Below, one piece after another: positions 1-13,600 of a DNA stretch of 64,000 bases; position 1 is the stretch's first letter; every line of letters begins with the position of its first letter. The stretch is from positions 137,330,001 through 137,394,000 of the forward strand of contig OZ024740.1 in the NCBI GenBank assembly GCA_964016885.1, in the 5' to 3' direction. A program made the translations under genes and the position numbers. A model generated the notes under the pieces. That model had not been told where the DNA came from, searched no databases, and saw only the letters and a list, made by a program, of their open reading frames with translations. Source of the DNA: Eledone cirrhosa (taxonomy: Eukaryota).

Positions 1-759
1 CTTCTCACTTTTCTCTCAATCTCCAATTCTCTCTTTCTCTTATCACTTTTCTCTCAATCTCCAATTCTTTCTTTCTCTTATCACTTTTCTCTCAATCTCC
101 AACTCTCTCTTTCTCTTATCCCTTTTCTCTCAATCTCCAATTCTCTCTTTCTCTTCTCACTTTTCTCTCAATCTCCAATACTCTCTTTCTGTTCTCAGTT
201 TTCCCCCAATCTCCAATTCTCTATTTCTCTTAGCACTTTTCTCTCAATCCCCCATTCTCTCTCTCTCTTATCACTTTTCTCTCAATCTCCAATTCTCTCT
301 TTCTCTTATCACTTTTCTCTCAAACTCCAATTCTCTCTTTCTCTCATCACATTTCTCTCAATCTCCAATTCTCTCTTTCTCTTATCAGTTTTCTCTCAAT
401 CTCCAATTCTCTCTTTCTCTTCTCACTTTTCCCCCAATCTCCAATTCTCTCTTTCTCTTATCACTTTTCTCTCAATCTCCAATTCTCTCTTTCTCTTATC
501 ACTTTTCTCTCAATCTCCAATTCTCTCTTTCTCTTATCACTTTTCTCTCAATCTCCAACTCTCTCTTTCTCTTATCCCTTTTCTCTCAATCTCCAATTAT
601 CTCTTTCTCTTATCACTTTTCTCTCAATCTCCAATTCTCTCTTTCTCTTCTCATTTTCCCCCAATCTCCAATTCTCTTTTTCTCTTTACACTTTTCCCCA
701 ACCTCCAATTCTCTCTTTCTCTTATCACTTTTCTCTCAATCTCCCATTCTCTCTCTCTC

Positions 760-3720
760 ATATCACTTTTCTCTCAATCTCCAATTCTCTCTTTCTCTTA
801 TCCATTTTCTCTCAATCTGCAATTCTCTCTTTCTTTTCTCACTTTTCCCCCAATCTCCAATTCTCTCTTTCTCTTCACACTTTTCCCCCAATCTCCAATT
901 CTCTCATTCTCTTCTCACTTTTCTCTCAATCTCCAATCCTCTCTTTCTGTTCTCAGTTTTCCCCCAATCTCCAATTCTCTATTTCTCTTAGCACTTTTCT
1001 CTCAATCCCCCATTCTCTCCCTCTCTTATCACTTTTCTCTCAATCTCCAATTCTCTCTTTCTCTTATCACTTTTCTCTCAATCTCCAATTCTCTCTTTCT
1101 CTTATCACTTTTCTCTCAATCTCCAATTCTCTCTTTCTCTTATCAGTTTTCTCTCAATCTGCAATTCTCTCTTTCTCTTATCACTTTTCTCTCAATCTCC
1201 AATTCTCTCTTTCTCTTCTCACTTTTCCCCTAATCTCCAATTCTCTCTTTCTCTTATCACTTTTCTCTCAATCTCCAATTCTCTCTTTCTCTTATCACTT
1301 TTCTCTCAATCTGCAATTCTCTCTTTCTCTCATCCATTTTCTCTCAATCTGCAATTCTCTCTTTCTTTTCTCACTTTTCCCCCAATCTCCAATTCTCTCT
1401 TTCTCTTCACACTTTTCCCCCAATCTCCAATTCTCTCATTCTCTTCACACTTTTCCCCCAATCTCCAATTCTCTCTTTCTCTTCTCACTTTTCTCTCAAT
1501 CTCCAATCCTCTCTTTCTGTTCTCAGTTTTCCCCCAATCTCCAATTCTCTATTTCTCTTAGCACTTTTCTCTCAATCCCCCATTCTCTCTCTCTCTTATC
1601 ACTTTTCTCTCAATCTCCAATTCTCTCTTTCTCTTCTCACTTTTCTCTCAATCTCCAATTCTCTCTTTCTCTTATCACTTTTCTCTCAATCTCCAATTCT
1701 CTCTTTCTCTTATCACTTTTCTCTCAATCTCCAATTCTCTCTTTCTCTTATCAGTTTTCTCTCAATCTGCAATTCTCTCTTTCTCTTATCACTTTTCTCT
1801 CAATCTCCAATTCTCTCTTTCTCTTCTCACTTTTCCCCTAATCTCCAATTCTCTCTTTCTCTTATCACTTTTCTCTCAATCTCCATTTCTCTCTTTCTCT
1901 TATCACTTTTCTCTCAATCTCAATTCTCTCTTTCTCTAATCACTTTTCTCTCAATCTCCAATTCTCTCTTTCTCTTATCCATTTTCTCTCAATCTGCAAT
2001 TCTCTCTTTCTTTTCTCACTTTTCCCCCAATCTCCAATTCTCTCTTTCTCTTCACACTTTTCCCCCAATCTCCAATTCTCTCTTTCTCTTCACACTTTTC
2101 CCCCAATCTCCAATTCTCTCTTTCTCTTCTCACTTCTCTCTCAATCTCCAATTCTCTCTTTCTCTTATCACTTTTCTCTCAATCTCCAATTCTTTCTTTC
2201 TCTTATCACTTTTCTCTCAATCTCCAACTCTCTCTTTCTCATATCACTTTTCTCTCAATCTCCAATTCTCTCTTTCTCTTATCCATTTTCTCTCAATCTG
2301 CAATTCTCTCTTTCTTTTCTCACTTTTCCCCCAATCTCCAATTCTCTCTTTCTCTTCACACTTTTCCCCCAATCTCCAATTCTCTCATTCTCTTCTCACT
2401 TTTCTCTCAATCTCCAATCCTCTCTTTCTGTTCTCAGTTTTCCCCCAATCTCCAATTCTCTATTTCTCTTAGCACTTTTCTCTCAATCCCCCATTCTCTC
2501 CCTCTCTTATCACTTTTCTCTCAATCTCCAATTCTCTCTTTCTCTTATCACTTTTCTCTCAATCTCCAATTCTCTCTTTCTCTTATCACTTTTCTCTCAA
2601 TCTCCAATTCTCTCTTTCTCTTATCAGTTTTCTCTCAATCAGCAATTCTCTCTTTCTCTTATCACTTTTCTCTCAATCTCCAATTCTCTCTTTCTCTTCT
2701 CACTTTTCCCCTAATCTCCAATTCTCTCTTTCTCTTATCACTTTTCTCTCAATCTCCAATTCTCTCTTTCTCTTATCACTTTTCTCTCAATCTGCAATTC
2801 TCTCTTTCTCTCATCCATTTTCTCTCAATCTGCAATTCTCTCTTTCTTTTCTCACTTTTCCCCCAATCTCCAATTCTCTCTTTCTCTTCACACTTTTCCC
2901 CCAATCTCCAATTCTCTCATTCTCTTCACACTTTTCCCCCAATCTCCAATTCTCTCTTTCTCTTCTCACTTTTCTCTCAATCTCCAATCCTCTCTTTCTG
3001 TTCTCAGTTTTCCCCCAATCTCCAATTCTCTATTTCTCTTAGCACTTTTCTCTCAATCCCCCATTCTCTCTCTCTCTTATCACTTTTCTCTCAATCTCCA
3101 ATTCTCTCTTTCTCTTCTCACTTTTCTCTCAATCTCCAATTCTCTCTTTCTCTTATCACTTTTCTCTCAATCTCCAATTCTCTCTTTCTCTTATCACTTT
3201 TCTCTCAATCTCCAATTCTCTCTTTCTCTTATCAGTTTTCTCTCAATCTGCAATTCTCTCTTTCTCTTATCACTTTTCTCTCAATCTCCAATTCTCTCTT
3301 TCTCTTCTCACTTTTCCCCTAATCTCCAATTCTCTCTTTCTCTTATCACTTTTCTCTCAATCTCCATTTCTCTCTTTCTCTTATCACTTTTCTCTCAATC
3401 TCAATTCTCTCTTTCTCTAATCACTTTTCTCTCAATCTCCAATTCTCTCTTTCTCTTATCCATTTTCTCTCAATCTGCAATTCTCTCTTTCTTTTCTCAC
3501 TTTTCCCCCAATCTCCAATTCTCTCTTTCTCTTCACACTTTTCCCCCAATCTCCAATTCTCTCTTTCTCTTCACACTTTTCCCCCAATCTCCAATTCTCT
3601 CTTTCTCTTCTCACTTCTCTCTCAATCTCCAATTCTCTCTTTCTCTTATCACTTTTCTCTCAATCTCCAATTCTTTCTTTCTCTTATCACTTTTCTCTCA
3701 ATCTCCAACTCTCTCTTTCT
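760..3720. repeat. Tandem duplication of a 1481-bp (39-monomer) higher-order unit
   Basis: Rare variants repeat at offset 1481: CTCATATCAC (A at 760/2241), CTCTAATCAC (1938/3419), CACTTCTCTC (2131/3612). 39x38-1=1481. Confidence 0.9.
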
Positions 3721-3899
3721 CTTATCCCTTTTCTCTCAATCTCCAATTCTCTCTTTCTCTTCTCACTTTTCTCTCAATCTCCAATCCTCTCTTTCTGTTC
3801 TCAGTTTTCCCCCAATCTCCAATTCTCTATTTCTCTTAGCACTTTTCTCTCAATCCCCCATTCTCTCTCTCTCTTATCACTTTTCTCTCAATCTCCAAT

Positions 3900-6800
3900 T
3901 CTCTCTTTCTCTTATCACTTTTCTCTCAAACTCCAATTCTCTCTTTCTCTCATCATATTTCTCTCAATCTCCAATTCTCTCTTTCTCTTATCACTTTTCT
4001 CTCAATCTTCAATTCTCTCTTTCTCTTATCAGTTTTCTCTCAATCTGCAATTCTCTCTTTCTCTTATCACTTTTCTCTCAATCTCCAATTCTCTCTTTCT
4101 CTTCTCACTTTTCCCCTAATCTCCAATTCTCTCTTTCTCTTATCACTTTTCTCTCAATCTCCAATTCTCTCTTTCTCTTATCACTTTTCTCTCAATCTCC
4201 AATTCTCTCTTTCTCTCATCCATTTTCTCTCAATCTGCAATACTCTCTTTCTTTTCTCAATTTTCCCCCAATCTCCAATTCTCTCTTTCTCTTCACACTT
4301 TTCCCCCAATCTCCAATTCTCTCATTCTCTTCACACTTTTCCCCCAATCTCCAATTCTCTCTTTCTCTTCTCACTTTTCTCTCAATTTCCAATCCTCTCT
4401 TTCTGTTCTCAGTTTTCCCCCAATCTCCAATTCTCTATTTCTCTTAGCACTTTTCTCTCTATCCCCCATTCTCTCTCTCTCTTATCACTTTTCTCTCAAT
4501 CTCCAATTCTCTCTTTCTCTTCTCACTTTTCTCTCAATCTCCAATTCTCTCTTTCTCTTATCACTTTTCTCTCAATCTCCAATTCTCTCTTTCTCTTATC
4601 ACTTTTCTCTCAATCTCCAATTCTCTCTTTCTCTTATCAGTTTTCTCTCAATCTGCAATTCTCTCTTTCTCTTATCACTTTTCTCTCAATCTCCAATTCT
4701 CTCTTTCTCTTATCACTTTTCTCTCAATCTCAATTCTCTCTTTCTCTTATCACTTTTCTCTCAATCTCCAATTCACTCTTTCTCTTATCCATTTTCTCTC
4801 AATCTGCAATTCTCTCTTTCTTTTCTCACTTTTCCCCCAATCTCCAATTCTCTCTTTCTCTTCACACTTTTCCCCCAATCTCCAATTCTCTCTTTCTCTT
4901 CTCACTTTTCTCTCAATCTCCAATTCTCTCTTTCTCTTATCACTTTTCTCTCAATCTCCAATTCTTTCTTTCTCTTATCACTTTTCTCTCAATCTCCAAC
5001 TCTCTCTTTCTCTTATCCCTTTTCTCTCAATCTCCAATTCTCTCTTTCTCTTCTCACTTTTCTCTCAATCTCCAATACTCTCTTTCTGTTCTCAGTTTTC
5101 CCCCAATCTCCAATTCTCTATTTCTCTTAGCACTTTTCTCTCAATCCCCCATTCTCTCTCTCTCTTATCACTTTTCTATCAATCTCCAATTCTCTCATTC
5201 TCTTATCACTTTTCTCTCAAACTCCAATTCTCTCTTTCTCTCATCACATTTCTCTCAATCTCCAATTCTCTCTTTCTCTTATCAGTTTTCTCTCAATCTC
5301 CAATTCTCTCTTTCTCTTCTCAGTTTTCCCCCAATCTCCAATTCTCTCTTTCTCTTATCACTTTTCTCTCAATCTCCAATTCTCTCTTTCTCTTATCACT
5401 TTTCTCTCAATCTCCAATTCTCTCTTTCTCTTATCACTTTTCTCTCAATCTCCAACTCTCTCTTTCTCTTATCCCTTTTCTCTCAATCTCCAATTATCTC
5501 TTTCTCTTATCACTTTTCTCTCAATCTCCAATTCTCTCTTTCTCTTCTCATTTTCCCCCAATCTCCAATTCTCTTTTTCTCTTTACACTTTTCCCCAACC
5601 TCCAATTCTCTCTTTCTCTTATCACTTTTCTCTCAATCTCCCATTCTCTCTCTCTCTTATCACTTTTCTCTCAATCTCCAATTCTCTCTTTCTCTTATCC
5701 ATTTTCTCTCAATCTGCAATTCTCTCTTTCTTTTCTCACTTTTCCCCCAATCTCCAATTCTCTCTTTCTCTTCACACTTTTCCCCCAATCTCCAATTCTC
5801 TCATTCTCTTCTCACTTTTCTCTCAATCTCCAATCCTCTCTTTCTGTTCTCAGTTTTCCCCCAATCTCCAATTCTCTATTTCTCTTAGCACTTTTCTCTC
5901 AATCCCCCATTCTCTCCCTCTCTTATCACTTTTCTCTCAATCTCCAATTCTCTCTTTCTCTTATCACTTTTCTCTCAATCTCCAATTCTCTCTTTCTCTT
6001 ATCACTTTTCTCTCAATCTCCAATTCTCTCTTTCTCTTATCAGTTTTCTCTCAATCTGCAATTCTCTCTTTCTCTTATCACTTTTCTCTCAATCTCCAAT
6101 TCTCTCTTTCTCTTCTCACTTTTCCCCTAATCTCCAATTCTCTCTTTCTCTTATCACTTTTCTCTCAATCTCCAATTCTCTCTTTCTCTTATCACTTTTC
6201 TCTCAATCTCCAATTCTCTCTTTCTCTCATCCATTTTCTCTCAATCTGCAATTCTCTCTTTCTTTTCTCACTTTTCCCCCAATCTCCAATTCTCTCTTTC
6301 TCTTCACACTTTTCCCCCAATCTCCAATTCTCTCATTCTCTTCACACTTTTCCCCCAATCTCCAATTCTCTCTTTCTCTTCTCACTTTTCTCTCAATCTC
6401 CAATCCTCTCTTTCTGTTCTCAGTTTTCCCCCAATCTCCAATTCTCTATTTCTCTTAGCACTTTTCTCTCAATCCCCCATTCTCTCTCTCTCTTATCACT
6501 TTTCTCTCAATCTCCAATTCTCTCTTTCTCTTATCACTTTTCTCTCAATCTCCAATTCTCTCTTTCTCTTATCACTTTTCTCTCAATCTCCAATTCTCTC
6601 TTTCTCTTATCAGTTTTCTCTCAATCTGCAATTCTCTCTTTCTCTTATCACTTTTCTCTCAATCTCCAATTCTCTCTTTCTCTTCTCACTTTTCCCCTAA
6701 TCTCCAATTCTCTCTTTCTCTTATCACTTTTCTCTCAATCTCCATTTCTCTCTTTCTCTTATCACTTTTCTCTCAATCTCAATTCTCTCTTTCTCTAATC

Positions 6801-9800
6801 ACTTTTCTCTCAATCTCCAATTCTCTCTTTCTCTTATCCATTTTCTCTCAATCTGCAATTCTCTCTTTCTTTTCTCACTTTTCCCCCAATCTCCAATTCT
6901 CTCTTTCTCTTCACACTTTTCCCCCAATCTCCAATTCTCTCTTTCTCTTCACACTTTTCCCCCAATCTCCAATTCTCTCTTTCTCTTCTCACTTTTCTCT
7001 CAATCTCCAATTCTCTCTTTCTCTTATCACTTTTCTCTCAATCTCCAATTCTTTCTTTCTCTTATCACTTTTCTCTCAATCTCCAACTCTCTCTTTCTCT
7101 TATCCCTTTTCTCTCAATCTCCAATTCTCTCTTTCTCTTCTCACTTTTCTCTCAATCTCCAATCCTCTCTTTCTGTTCTCAGTTTTCCCCCAATCTCCAA
7201 TTCTCTATTTCTCTTAGCACTTTTCTCTCAATCCCCCATTCTCTCTCTCTCTTATCACTTTTCTCTCAATCTCCAATTCTCTCTTTCTCTTATCACTTTT
7301 CTCTCAAACTCCAATTCTCTCTTTCTCTCATCATATTTCTCTCAATCTCCAATTCTCTCTTTCTCTTATCACTTTTCTCTCAATCTTCAATTCTCTCTTT
7401 CTCTTATCAGTTTTCTCTCAATCTGCAATTCTCTCTTTCTCTTATCACTTTTCTCTCAATCTCCAATTCTCTCTTTCTCTTCACACTTTTCCCCCAATCT
7501 CCAATTCTCTCATTCTCTTCACACTTTTCCCCCAATCTCCAATTCTCTCTTTCTCTTCTCACTTTTCTCTCAATCTCCAATCCTCTCTTTCTGTTCTCAG
7601 TTTTCCCCCAATCTCCAATTCTCTATTTCTCTTAGCACTTTTCTCTCTATCCCCCATTCTCTCTCTCTCTTATCACTTTTCTCTCAATCTCCAATTCTCT
7701 CTTTCTCTTCTCACTTTTCTCTCAATCTCCAATTCTCTCTTTCTCTTATCACTTTTCTCTCAATCTCCAATTCTCTCTTTCTCTTATCACTTTTCTCTCA
7801 ATCTCCAATTCTCTCTTTCTCTTATCAGTTTTCTCTCAATCTGCAATTCTCTCTTTCTCTTATCACTTTTCTCTCAATCTCCAATTCTCTCTTTCTCTTC
7901 TCACTTTTCCCCTAATCTCCAATTCTCTCTTTCTCTTATCACTTTTCTCTCAATCTCCAATTCTCTCTTTCTCTTATCACTTTACTCTCAATCTCAATTC
8001 TCTCTTTCTCTTATCACTTTTCTCTCAATCTCCAATTCACTCTTTCTCTTATCCATTTTCTCTCAATCTGCAATTCTCTCTTTCTTTTCTCACTTTTCCC
8101 CCAATCTCCAATTCTCTCTTTCTCTCCACACTTTTCCCCCAATCTCCAATTCTCTCTTTCTCTTCACACTTTTCCCCCAATCTCCAATTCTCTCTTTCTC
8201 TTCTCACTTTTCTCTCAATCTCCAATTCTCTCTTTCTCTTATCACTTTTCTCTCAATCTCCAATTCTTTCTTTCTCTTATCACTTTTCTCTCAATCTCCA
8301 ACTCTCTCTTTCTCTTATCCCTTTTCTCTCAATCTCCAATTCTCTCTTTCTCTTCTCACTTTTCTCTCAATCTCCAATACTCTCTTTCTGTTCTCAGTTT
8401 TCCTCCAATCTCCAATTCTCTATTTCTCTTAGCACTTTTCTCTCAATCCCCCATTCTCTCTCTCTCTTATCACTTTTCTCTCAATCTCCAATTCTCTCTT
8501 TCTCTTATCACTTTTCTCTCAAACTCCAATTCTCTCTTTCTCTCATCACATTTCTCTCAATCTCCAATTCTCTCTATCTCTTATCAGTTTTCTCTCAATC
8601 TCCAATTCTCTCTTTCTCTCCTCACTTTTCCCCCAATCTCCAATTCTCTCTTTCTCTTATCACTTTTCTCTCAATCTCCAATTCTCTCTTTCTCTTATCA
8701 CTTTTCTCTCAATCTCCAATTCTCTCTTTCTCTTATCACTTTTCTCTCAATCTCCAACTCTCTCTTTCTCTTATCCCTTTTCTCTCAATCTCCAATTATC
8801 TCTTTCTCTTATCACTTTTCTCTCAATCTCCAATTCTCTCTTTCTCTTCTCATTTTCCCCCAATCTCCAATTCTCTTTTTCTCTTTACACTTTTCCCCAA
8901 CCTCCAATTCTCTCTTTCTCTTATCACTTTTCTCTCAATCTCCCATTCTCTCTCTCTCTTATCACTTTTCTCTCAATCTCCAATTCTCTCTTTCTCTTAT
9001 CCATTTTCTCTCAATCTGCAATTCTCTCTTTCTTTTCTCACTTTTCCCCCAATCTCCAATTCTCTCTTTCTCTTCACACTTTTCCCCCAATCTCCAATTC
9101 TCTCATTCTCTTCTCACTTTTCTCTCAATCTCCAATCCTCTCTTTCTGTTCTCAGTTTTCCCCCAATCTCCAATTCTCTATTTCTCTTAGTACTTTTCTC
9201 TCAATCCCCCATTCTCTCCCTCTCGTATCACTTTTCTCTCAATCTCCAATTCTCTCTTTCTCTTATCACTTTTCTCTCAATCTCCAATTCTCTCTTTCTC
9301 TTATCACTTTTCTCTCAATCTCCAATTCTCTCTTTCTCTTATCAGTTTTCTCTCAATCTGCAATTCTCTCTTTCTCTTATCACTTTTCTCTCAATCTCCA
9401 ATTCTCTCTTTCTCTTCTCACTTTTCCCCTAATCTCCAATTCTCTCTTTCTCTTATCACTTTTCCCTCAATCTCCAATTCTCTCTTTCTCTTATCACTTT
9501 TCTCTCAATCTCCAATTCTCTCTTTCTCTCATCCATTTTCTCTCAATCTGCAATTCTCTCTTTCTTTTCTCACTTTTCCCCCAATCTCCAATTCTCTCTT
9601 TCTCTTCACACTTTTCCCCCAATCTCCAATTCTCTCATTCTCTTCACACTTTTCCCCCAATCTCCAATTCTCTCTTTCTCTTCTCACTTTTCTCTCAATC
9701 TCCAATCCTCTCTTTCTGTTCCCAGTTTTCCCCCAATCTCCAATTCTCTATTTCTCTTAGCACTTTTCTCTCAATCCCCCATTCTCTCTCTCTCTTATCA

Positions 9801-10630
9801 CTTTTCTCTCAATCTCCAATTCTCTCTTTCTCTTATCACTTTTCTCTCAATCTCCAATTCTCTCTTTCTCTTATCACTTTTCTCTCAATCTCCAATTCTC
9901 TCTTTCTCTTATCAGTTTTCTCTCAATCTGCAATTCTCTCTTTCTCTCATCACTTTTCTCTCAATCTCCAATTCTCTCTTTCTCTTCTCACTTTTCCCCT
10001 AATCTCCAATTCTCTCTTTCTCTTATCACTTTTCTCTCAATCTCCATTTCTCTCTTTCTCTTATCACTTTTCTCTCAATCTCAATTCTCTCTTTCTCTAA
10101 TCACTTTTCTCTCAATCTCCAATTCTCTCTTTCTCTTATCCATTTTCTCTCAATCTGCAATTCTCTCTTTCTTTTCTCACTTTTCCCCCAATCTCCAATT
10201 CTCTCTTTCTCTTCACACTTTTCCCCCAATCTCCAATTCTCTCTTTCTCTTCACACTTTTCCCCCAATCTCCAATTCTCTCTTTCTCTTCTCACTTTTCT
10301 CTCAATCTCCAATTCTCTCTTTCTCTTATCACTTTTCTCTCAATCTCCAATTCTTTCTTTCTCTTATCACTTTTCTCTCAATCTCCAACTCTCTCTTTCT
10401 CTTATCCCTTTTCTCTCAATCTCCAATTCTCTCTTTCTCTTCTCACTTTTCTCTCAATCTCCAATCCTCTCTTTCTGTTCTCAGTTTTCCCCCAATCTCC
10501 AATTCTCTATTTCTCTTAGCACTTTTCTCTCAATCCCCCATTCTCTCTCTCTCTTATCACTTTTCTCTCAATCTCCAATTCTCTCTTTCTCTTATCACTT
10601 TTCTCTCAAACTCCAATTCTCTCTTTCTCT
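3900..10630. repeat. Imperfect higher-order duplication with a period of about 3.3 kb
   Basis: CCAATACTC (5077/8379) and CTCTAATCAC (6797/10099) are both at offset 3302. Upstream markers (ATCTTCAA, CTCTATCCCC, ATTCACTC) sit at offsets of about 3.19-3.38 kb, consistent with whole-monomer indels. Confidence 0.75.
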
Positions 10631-13600
10631 CATCACATTTCTCTCAATCTCCAATTCTCTCTTTCTCTTATCAGTTTTTTCTCAATCTGCAATTCTCTCT
10701 TTCTCTTATCACTTTTCTCTCAATCTCCAATTCTCTCTTTCTCTTCTCACTTTTCCCCTAATCTCCAATTCTCTCTTTCTCTTATCACTTTTCTCTCAAT
10801 CTCCAATTCTCTCTTTCTCTTATCACCTTTCTCTCAATCTCCAATTCTCTCTTTCTGTTATCACTTTTCTCTGAATCTCCAATTCTCTCTTTCTCTTATC
10901 CATTTTCTCTCAATCTGCAATTCTCTCTTTCTTTTCTCACTTTTCCCCCAATCTCCAATTCTCTCTTTCTCTTCACACTTTTCCCCCAATCTCCAATTCT
11001 CTCTTTCTCTTCACACTTTTCCCCCAATCTCCAATTCTCTCTTTCTCTTCTCACTTTTCTCTCAATCTCCAGTTCTCTCTTTCTCTTATCACTTTTCTCT
11101 CAATCTCCAATCCTCTCTTTCTCTTATCACTTTTCTCTCAATCTCCAATTCTCTCTTTCTCTTATCACTTTTCTCTCAATCTCCAATTCTCTCTTTCTCT
11201 TATCACTTTCCTCTCAATCTCCAATTCTCTCTTTCTCTTCTCACTTTTCCCCCAATCTCCAATTCTCTCTTTCTCTTATCACTTTTCTCTCAATCTCCAT
11301 ATCTCTCTTTCTCTTATCACTTTTCTCTTAATCTCCAATTCTCCCTTTCTCTTATCACTTTTCTCTCAATCTCCAACTCTCTCTTTCTCATATCCCTTTT
11401 CTCTCAATCTCCAATTATCTCTTTCTCTTATCACTTTTCTCTCAATCTCCAATTCTCTCTTTCTCTTCTCATTTTCCCCAAATCTCCAATCCTCTCTTTC
11501 TCTTATCACTTTTCTCTCAATCTCCCATTCTCTCTCTCTCTTATCACTTTTCTCTCAATCTCCAATTCTCTCTTTCTCTTATCCATTTTCCCCCAATCTC
11601 CAATTCTCTCTTTCTCTTCACACTTTTCCCCCAATCTCCAATTCTCTCATTCTCTTCACACTTTTCCCCCAATCTCCAATTCTCTCTTTCTCTTCTCACT
11701 TTTCTCTCAATCTCCAATTCTCTCTTTCTGTTATCACTTTTCTCTCAATCTCCAATTCTCTCTTTCTCTTATCACTTTTCTTTCAATCTCCAACTCTCTC
11801 TTTCTCTTATCCCTTTTCTCTCAATCTCCAATTCTCTCTTTCTCTTCTCACTTTTCTCTCAATCTCCAATTCTCTCTTTCTCTTATCACTTTTCTCTCAA
11901 TCCCCCATTCTCTCTCTCTCTTATCACTTTTCTCTCAATCTCCAATTCTCTCTTTCTCTTATCACTTTTCTCTCAAACTCCAATTCTTTCTTTCTCTCAT
12001 CACATTTCTCTCAATCTCCAATTCTCTCTTTCTCTTATCAGTTTTCTCTCAATCTGCAATTCTCTCTTTCTCTCATCACTTTTCTCTCAATATCCAATTC
12101 TCTCTTTCTCTTATCACTTTTCTCTCAATCTCCAATTCTCTCTTTCTGTTATCACTTTTCTCTGAATCTCCAATTCTCTCTTTCTCTTATCCATTTTCTC
12201 TCAATCTGCAATTCTCTCTTCCTTTTCTCACTTTTCCCCCAATCTCCAATTCTCTCTTTCTCTTCACACTTTTCCCCCAATCTCCAATTCTCTCTTTCTC
12301 TTCACACTTTTCCCCCAATCTCCAATTCTCTCTTTCTCTTCTCACTTTTCTCTCAATCTCCAGTTCTCTCTTTCTCTTATCACTTTTCTCTCAATCTCCA
12401 ATCCTCTCTTTCTCTTATCACTTTTCTCTCAATCACTTTTCTCTCCATCTCCAATTCTCTCTTTCTCTTATCACTTTTCTCTCAATCTCCAATTCTCTCT
12501 TTCTCTTATCACTTTTCTCTCAATCTCCAATTCTCTCTTTCTCTCAATCACTTTTCTCTCCATCTCCAATTCTCTCTTTCTCTTATCACTTTTCTCTCAA
12601 TCTCCAATTCTCTCTTTCTCTTATCACTTTTCTCTCAATCTCCAATTCTCTCTTTCTCTTATCACTTTCCTCTCAATCTCCAATTCTCTCTATCTCTTCT
12701 CACTTTTCCCCCAATCTCCAATTCTCTCTTTCTCTTATCACTTTTCTCTCAATCTCCAATTCTCTCTTTCTCTTATCACTTTTCTCTCAATCTCCAATTC
12801 TCCCTTTCTCTTATCACTTTTCTCTCAATCTCCAACTCTCTCTTTCTCTTATCCCTTTTCTCTCAATCTCCAATTATCTCTTTCTCTTATCACTTTTCTC
12901 TCAATCTCCAATTCTCTCTTTCTCTTCTCATTTTCCCCCAATCTCCAATTCTCTTTTTCTCTTTACACTTTTCCCCAACCAACAAATTCTCTCTTTCTCT
13001 TATCACTTTTCTCTCAATCTCCAATTCTCTCTTCCCTTCTCACTTTTCTCTCAATCTCCAATTCTCTCTTTCTCTTCTCACTTTTCTCTCAATCTCCAAT
13101 CCTCTCTTTCTGTTCTCAGTTTTCCCCAAATCTCCAATTCTCTCTTTCTCTTATCAGTTTTCTCTCAATCTCCCATTCTCTCTCTCTCTTATCACTTTTC
13201 TCTCAATCTCCAATTCTCTCTTTCTCTTATCCATTTTCTCTCAATCTGCAATTCTCTCTTTCTTTTCTCACTTTTCCCCCAATCTCCAATTCTCTCATTC
13301 TCTTCACACTTTTCCCCCAATCTCCAATTCTCTCTTTCTCTTCTCACTTTTCTCCCAATCTCCAATTCTCTCTTTCTCTTATCACTTTTCTCTCAATCTC
13401 CAATTCTCTCTTTCTCTTATCACTTTTCTCTCAATCTCCAACTCTCTCTTTCTCTTATCCCTTTTCTCTCAATCTCCAATTCTCTCTTTCTCTTCTCACT
13501 TTTCTCTCAATCTCCAATCCTCTCTTTCTGTTCTCAGTATTCCCCCAATCTCCAATTCTCTATTTCTCTTAGCACTTTTCTCTCAATCCCCCATTCTCTC

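Noticed and set aside
181-200. Splice acceptor-like TTTCTGTTCTCAG and branch-like CCCTAAT variants
   Set aside because: These are expected in any pyrimidine-rich sequence with an occasional AG. There are no recurring GTRAG donors or AG|GT recursive sites and no exon-like sequence.
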